From Stellaceae bacterium (GTDB lineage: Bacteria > Pseudomonadota > Alphaproteobacteria > ATCC43930 > CGMCC-115725): 64,000 nucleotides of DNA. Below are positions 62,439 to 64,000 of the stretch, piece by piece. The position numbers and the translations under genes are program-made. Within the stretch, counting starts at the first letter, position 1. Every line of letters begins with the position of its first letter. The notes beneath the pieces are model-generated. The model saw only the letters and a list, made by a program, of their open reading frames with translations. It did no database searches and was not told where the DNA came from. The stretch lies in NCBI GenBank assembly GCA_035503615.1, contig DATJTI010000031.1:27507-91506 (forward strand). The letters are read 5' to 3'.

Positions 62439-63424
62439 ATTTCGAACCGTGCCATCCTGTTCATGATCGTGATGCCGGTCACCAACATCGCGACTGCAAT
62501 CCCGTCGAGGATGTAGCCGCGGACATCGTGAAACAGCGGTGCCAGGTAGGTCGGCGAGGTCAACATCAACAGGCCGATCACGACGACCGGCAGACCGCCG
62601 AGGATCATTGTCGTCGCCCGGGTCTCGCTCGACATGGCGCGCACCTTGGCCCGCATCTGCCGCCGCCGGCGCAGCGCATCGGCAAGGTTGGACAAGGTCT
62701 CGGCGAGATTGCCGCCGGTCTCGCGCTGGACGCTGAGCGCGATGATGAAAAACCGGAACTCCGGGGTGTCGATGCGCTTGGCGATATCCCACAGCAGGGT
62801 TTCGAGGTCGCGCCCCAAACGCATTCCGCTCTCGATCAGACGTAGCTCGCTGCCGACCGGATCGGCAATCTCGTGACCCGCGCCGATGATCGCCTCGCTG
62901 ATTGGCAGCCCGGAGCGCAGCGCCCGGACCATCAGATCGATCGCATCGGGGAACAGCGCGGTGAACGCGGCGACCCGCCGCCGTCCCATCCGGCCGATGA
63001 TCAAATGCGGAAGAGCCAGACCGAGACAGAGACCGATTGAGACGCAGGCGGCGAGCCCGAGCCGGGTCAGACCGATAAGAGCGAGCACCGACAGCACCGT
63101 AATGCCGGCGATCACGAGCGCGTATTGGCCGATCGAGATGGTCCGCCCGGTGCGCGCCAGGCGGGCGGCGAGCAGATCGCGACGCGGCAGCCAGCGGCGG
63201 GCGGCGCGATCGATCGCCGGGGTTGGGCTCTGGAGGCGCGTGAGCCGCGCCGCCTCGGGACTGACCGGCACACCTTTGGCGCGATCGCGCACCACCGCGA
63301 GGCGCCGCTTGAACCGTCGGCGGGCGGCACTATTGCCGACCGCAACCGCAGCCGCGACAAACCCCGAGACGACGGCGATTGCCGCCATCGTGGCGAGCCA
63401 GTCGACCGTGCCGGGCCCGGTCAT
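62435..63424 (-). CDS. tadB: Tad/Flp pilus assembly inner-membrane protein TadB (T2SS-F domain)
   Basis: The T2SSF block is FPDAIDLMVRALRSGLPISEAI...FFIIALSVQRETGGNLAETLSNLADALR. ATG 63424 was chosen (MTGPGTVDWLATMAAIAV). Confidence 0.82.
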   Translation of the reverse strand: MTGPGTVDWLATMAAIAVVSGFVAAAVAVGNSAARRRFKRRLAVVRDRAKGVPVSPEAARLTRLQSPTPAIDRAARRWLPRRDLLAARLARTGRTISIGQYALVIAGITVLSVLALIGLTRLGLAACVSIGLCLGLALPHLIIGRMGRRRVAAFTALFPDAIDLMVRALRSGLPISEAIIGAGHEIADPVGSELRLIESGMRLGRDLETLLWDIAKRIDTPEFRFFIIALSVQRETGGNLAETLSNLADALRRRRQMRAKVRAMSSETRATTMILGGLPVVVIGLLMLTSPTYLAPLFHDVRGYILDGIAVAMLVTGITIMNRMARFEI

Positions 63425-63470
63425 CGCCCGATCCGGCGCCGTCGGGAGCGGGCACAGGCGGCATCGCCCA

Positions 63471-64000
63471 TCAAATGATCTCGAGCAACGGGCGATCGAG
63501 CCCGTAATATTCGGCGCGTGGCAGGAAGTGCGGGCGCACCCCGCTCGATTTGAAGATGCCGCGCAACCGGCCGTCGGCGCTCTCACCCTGAAATTGATAG
63601 CTGAACAGTTCCTGGGTGGTGATGATATCGCCCTCCATCCCGACGATCTCGATGATGTCGGTCACGCGCCGCATGCCATCGCGCATCCGGCTGATCTGGA
63701 CGATCATGTGGACGGCGGCGGCGATCTGGGTGCGTACCGCATGCGAGGGCAGGTGGATCCCGGTCATGCCGACCATGTTTTCGAGCCGGGTCAGTGCCTC
63801 CCGCGGCCGGTTGGCGTGGATCGTGCTCATCGACCCGTCATGCCCGGTATTCATCGCCTGCAGCACGTCGAGGGCTTCGGCGCCGCGGATCTCGCCGAGA
63901 ATGATCCGGTCGGGACGCATGCGCAGAGTGTTGCGCAACAGGTCGCGCATGGTGATCTCGCCGGTGCCTTCGAGATTCGGCGCGCGGGTTTCGAGCCGCA
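63471..64000 (-). CDS. cpaF: Tad/Flp pilus assembly ATPase CpaF/TadA, C-terminal fragment (continues past the right edge)
   Basis: The product includes [38 protein letters not shown] (secretion ATPase His box region), then ...[18 protein letters not shown]. Confidence 0.9.
   Translation of the reverse strand, partial: RLETRAPNLEGTGEITMRDLLRNTLRMRPDRIILGEIRGAEALDVLQAMNTGHDGSMSTIHANRPREALTRLENMVGMTGIHLPSHAVRTQIAAAVHMIVQISRMRDGMRRVTDIIEIVGMEGDIITTQELFSYQFQGESADGRLRGIFKSSGVRPHFLPRAEYYGLDRPLLEII

Overview
This is a high-GC alphaproteobacterial chromosome segment. It is almost fully coding and mostly core-genome in character. From left to right it contains: (1) the Pho block phoR-pstSCAB-phoU on the minus strand, with a four-repeat Pho box in front of pstS; (2) NADP-malic enzyme; (3) a run of small envelope or unknown genes: a spermidine-synthase-like methyltransferase, cytochrome b561, a Cys-rich-repeat secreted protein, an MscS channel fused to a cNMP-binding domain, a DUF4189-like protein, a sugar-phosphate isomerase and Zur; (4) tRNA-His, nnr, malonyl-CoA decarboxylase and tRNA-Leu; (5) the proteostasis block tig-clpP-clpX-lon-hupB; (6) tRNA-Val and tRNA-Asp; (7) the complete 14-gene complex I operon nuoA-N, with a ~320 bp non-coding repeat insertion between nuoF and nuoG; (8) birA-coaX-rnj-mce-tag. 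An accessory stretch follows. It starts with two tandem Trp/Asn/Gly-repeat precursor peptides and a radical SAM/SPASM maturase. This putative multi-cyclophane RiPP locus is the most interesting item in the window. It is followed by three secreted or envelope genes, a 2Fe-2S/molybdopterin oxidoreductase pair, and a glycosylation island with a local GC dip (two GT-C-like polytopic proteins, a GT2 polyprenyl-phosphate glycosyltransferase, a SAM methyltransferase). The window ends with alaS and the distal end of a Tad/Flp pilus locus (TPR protein, tadC, tadB, cpaF fragment). Several unrelated 13-18 bp tandem-repeat arrays sit in or at the edge of intergenic regions. I saw no IS elements, integrases, CRISPR arrays or rRNA. 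Many long ORFs in the six-frame track are antisense or alternate-frame artefacts of the high GC content. The track also reports GTG/TTG starts as M, so several annotated starts are refined here and remain uncertain.
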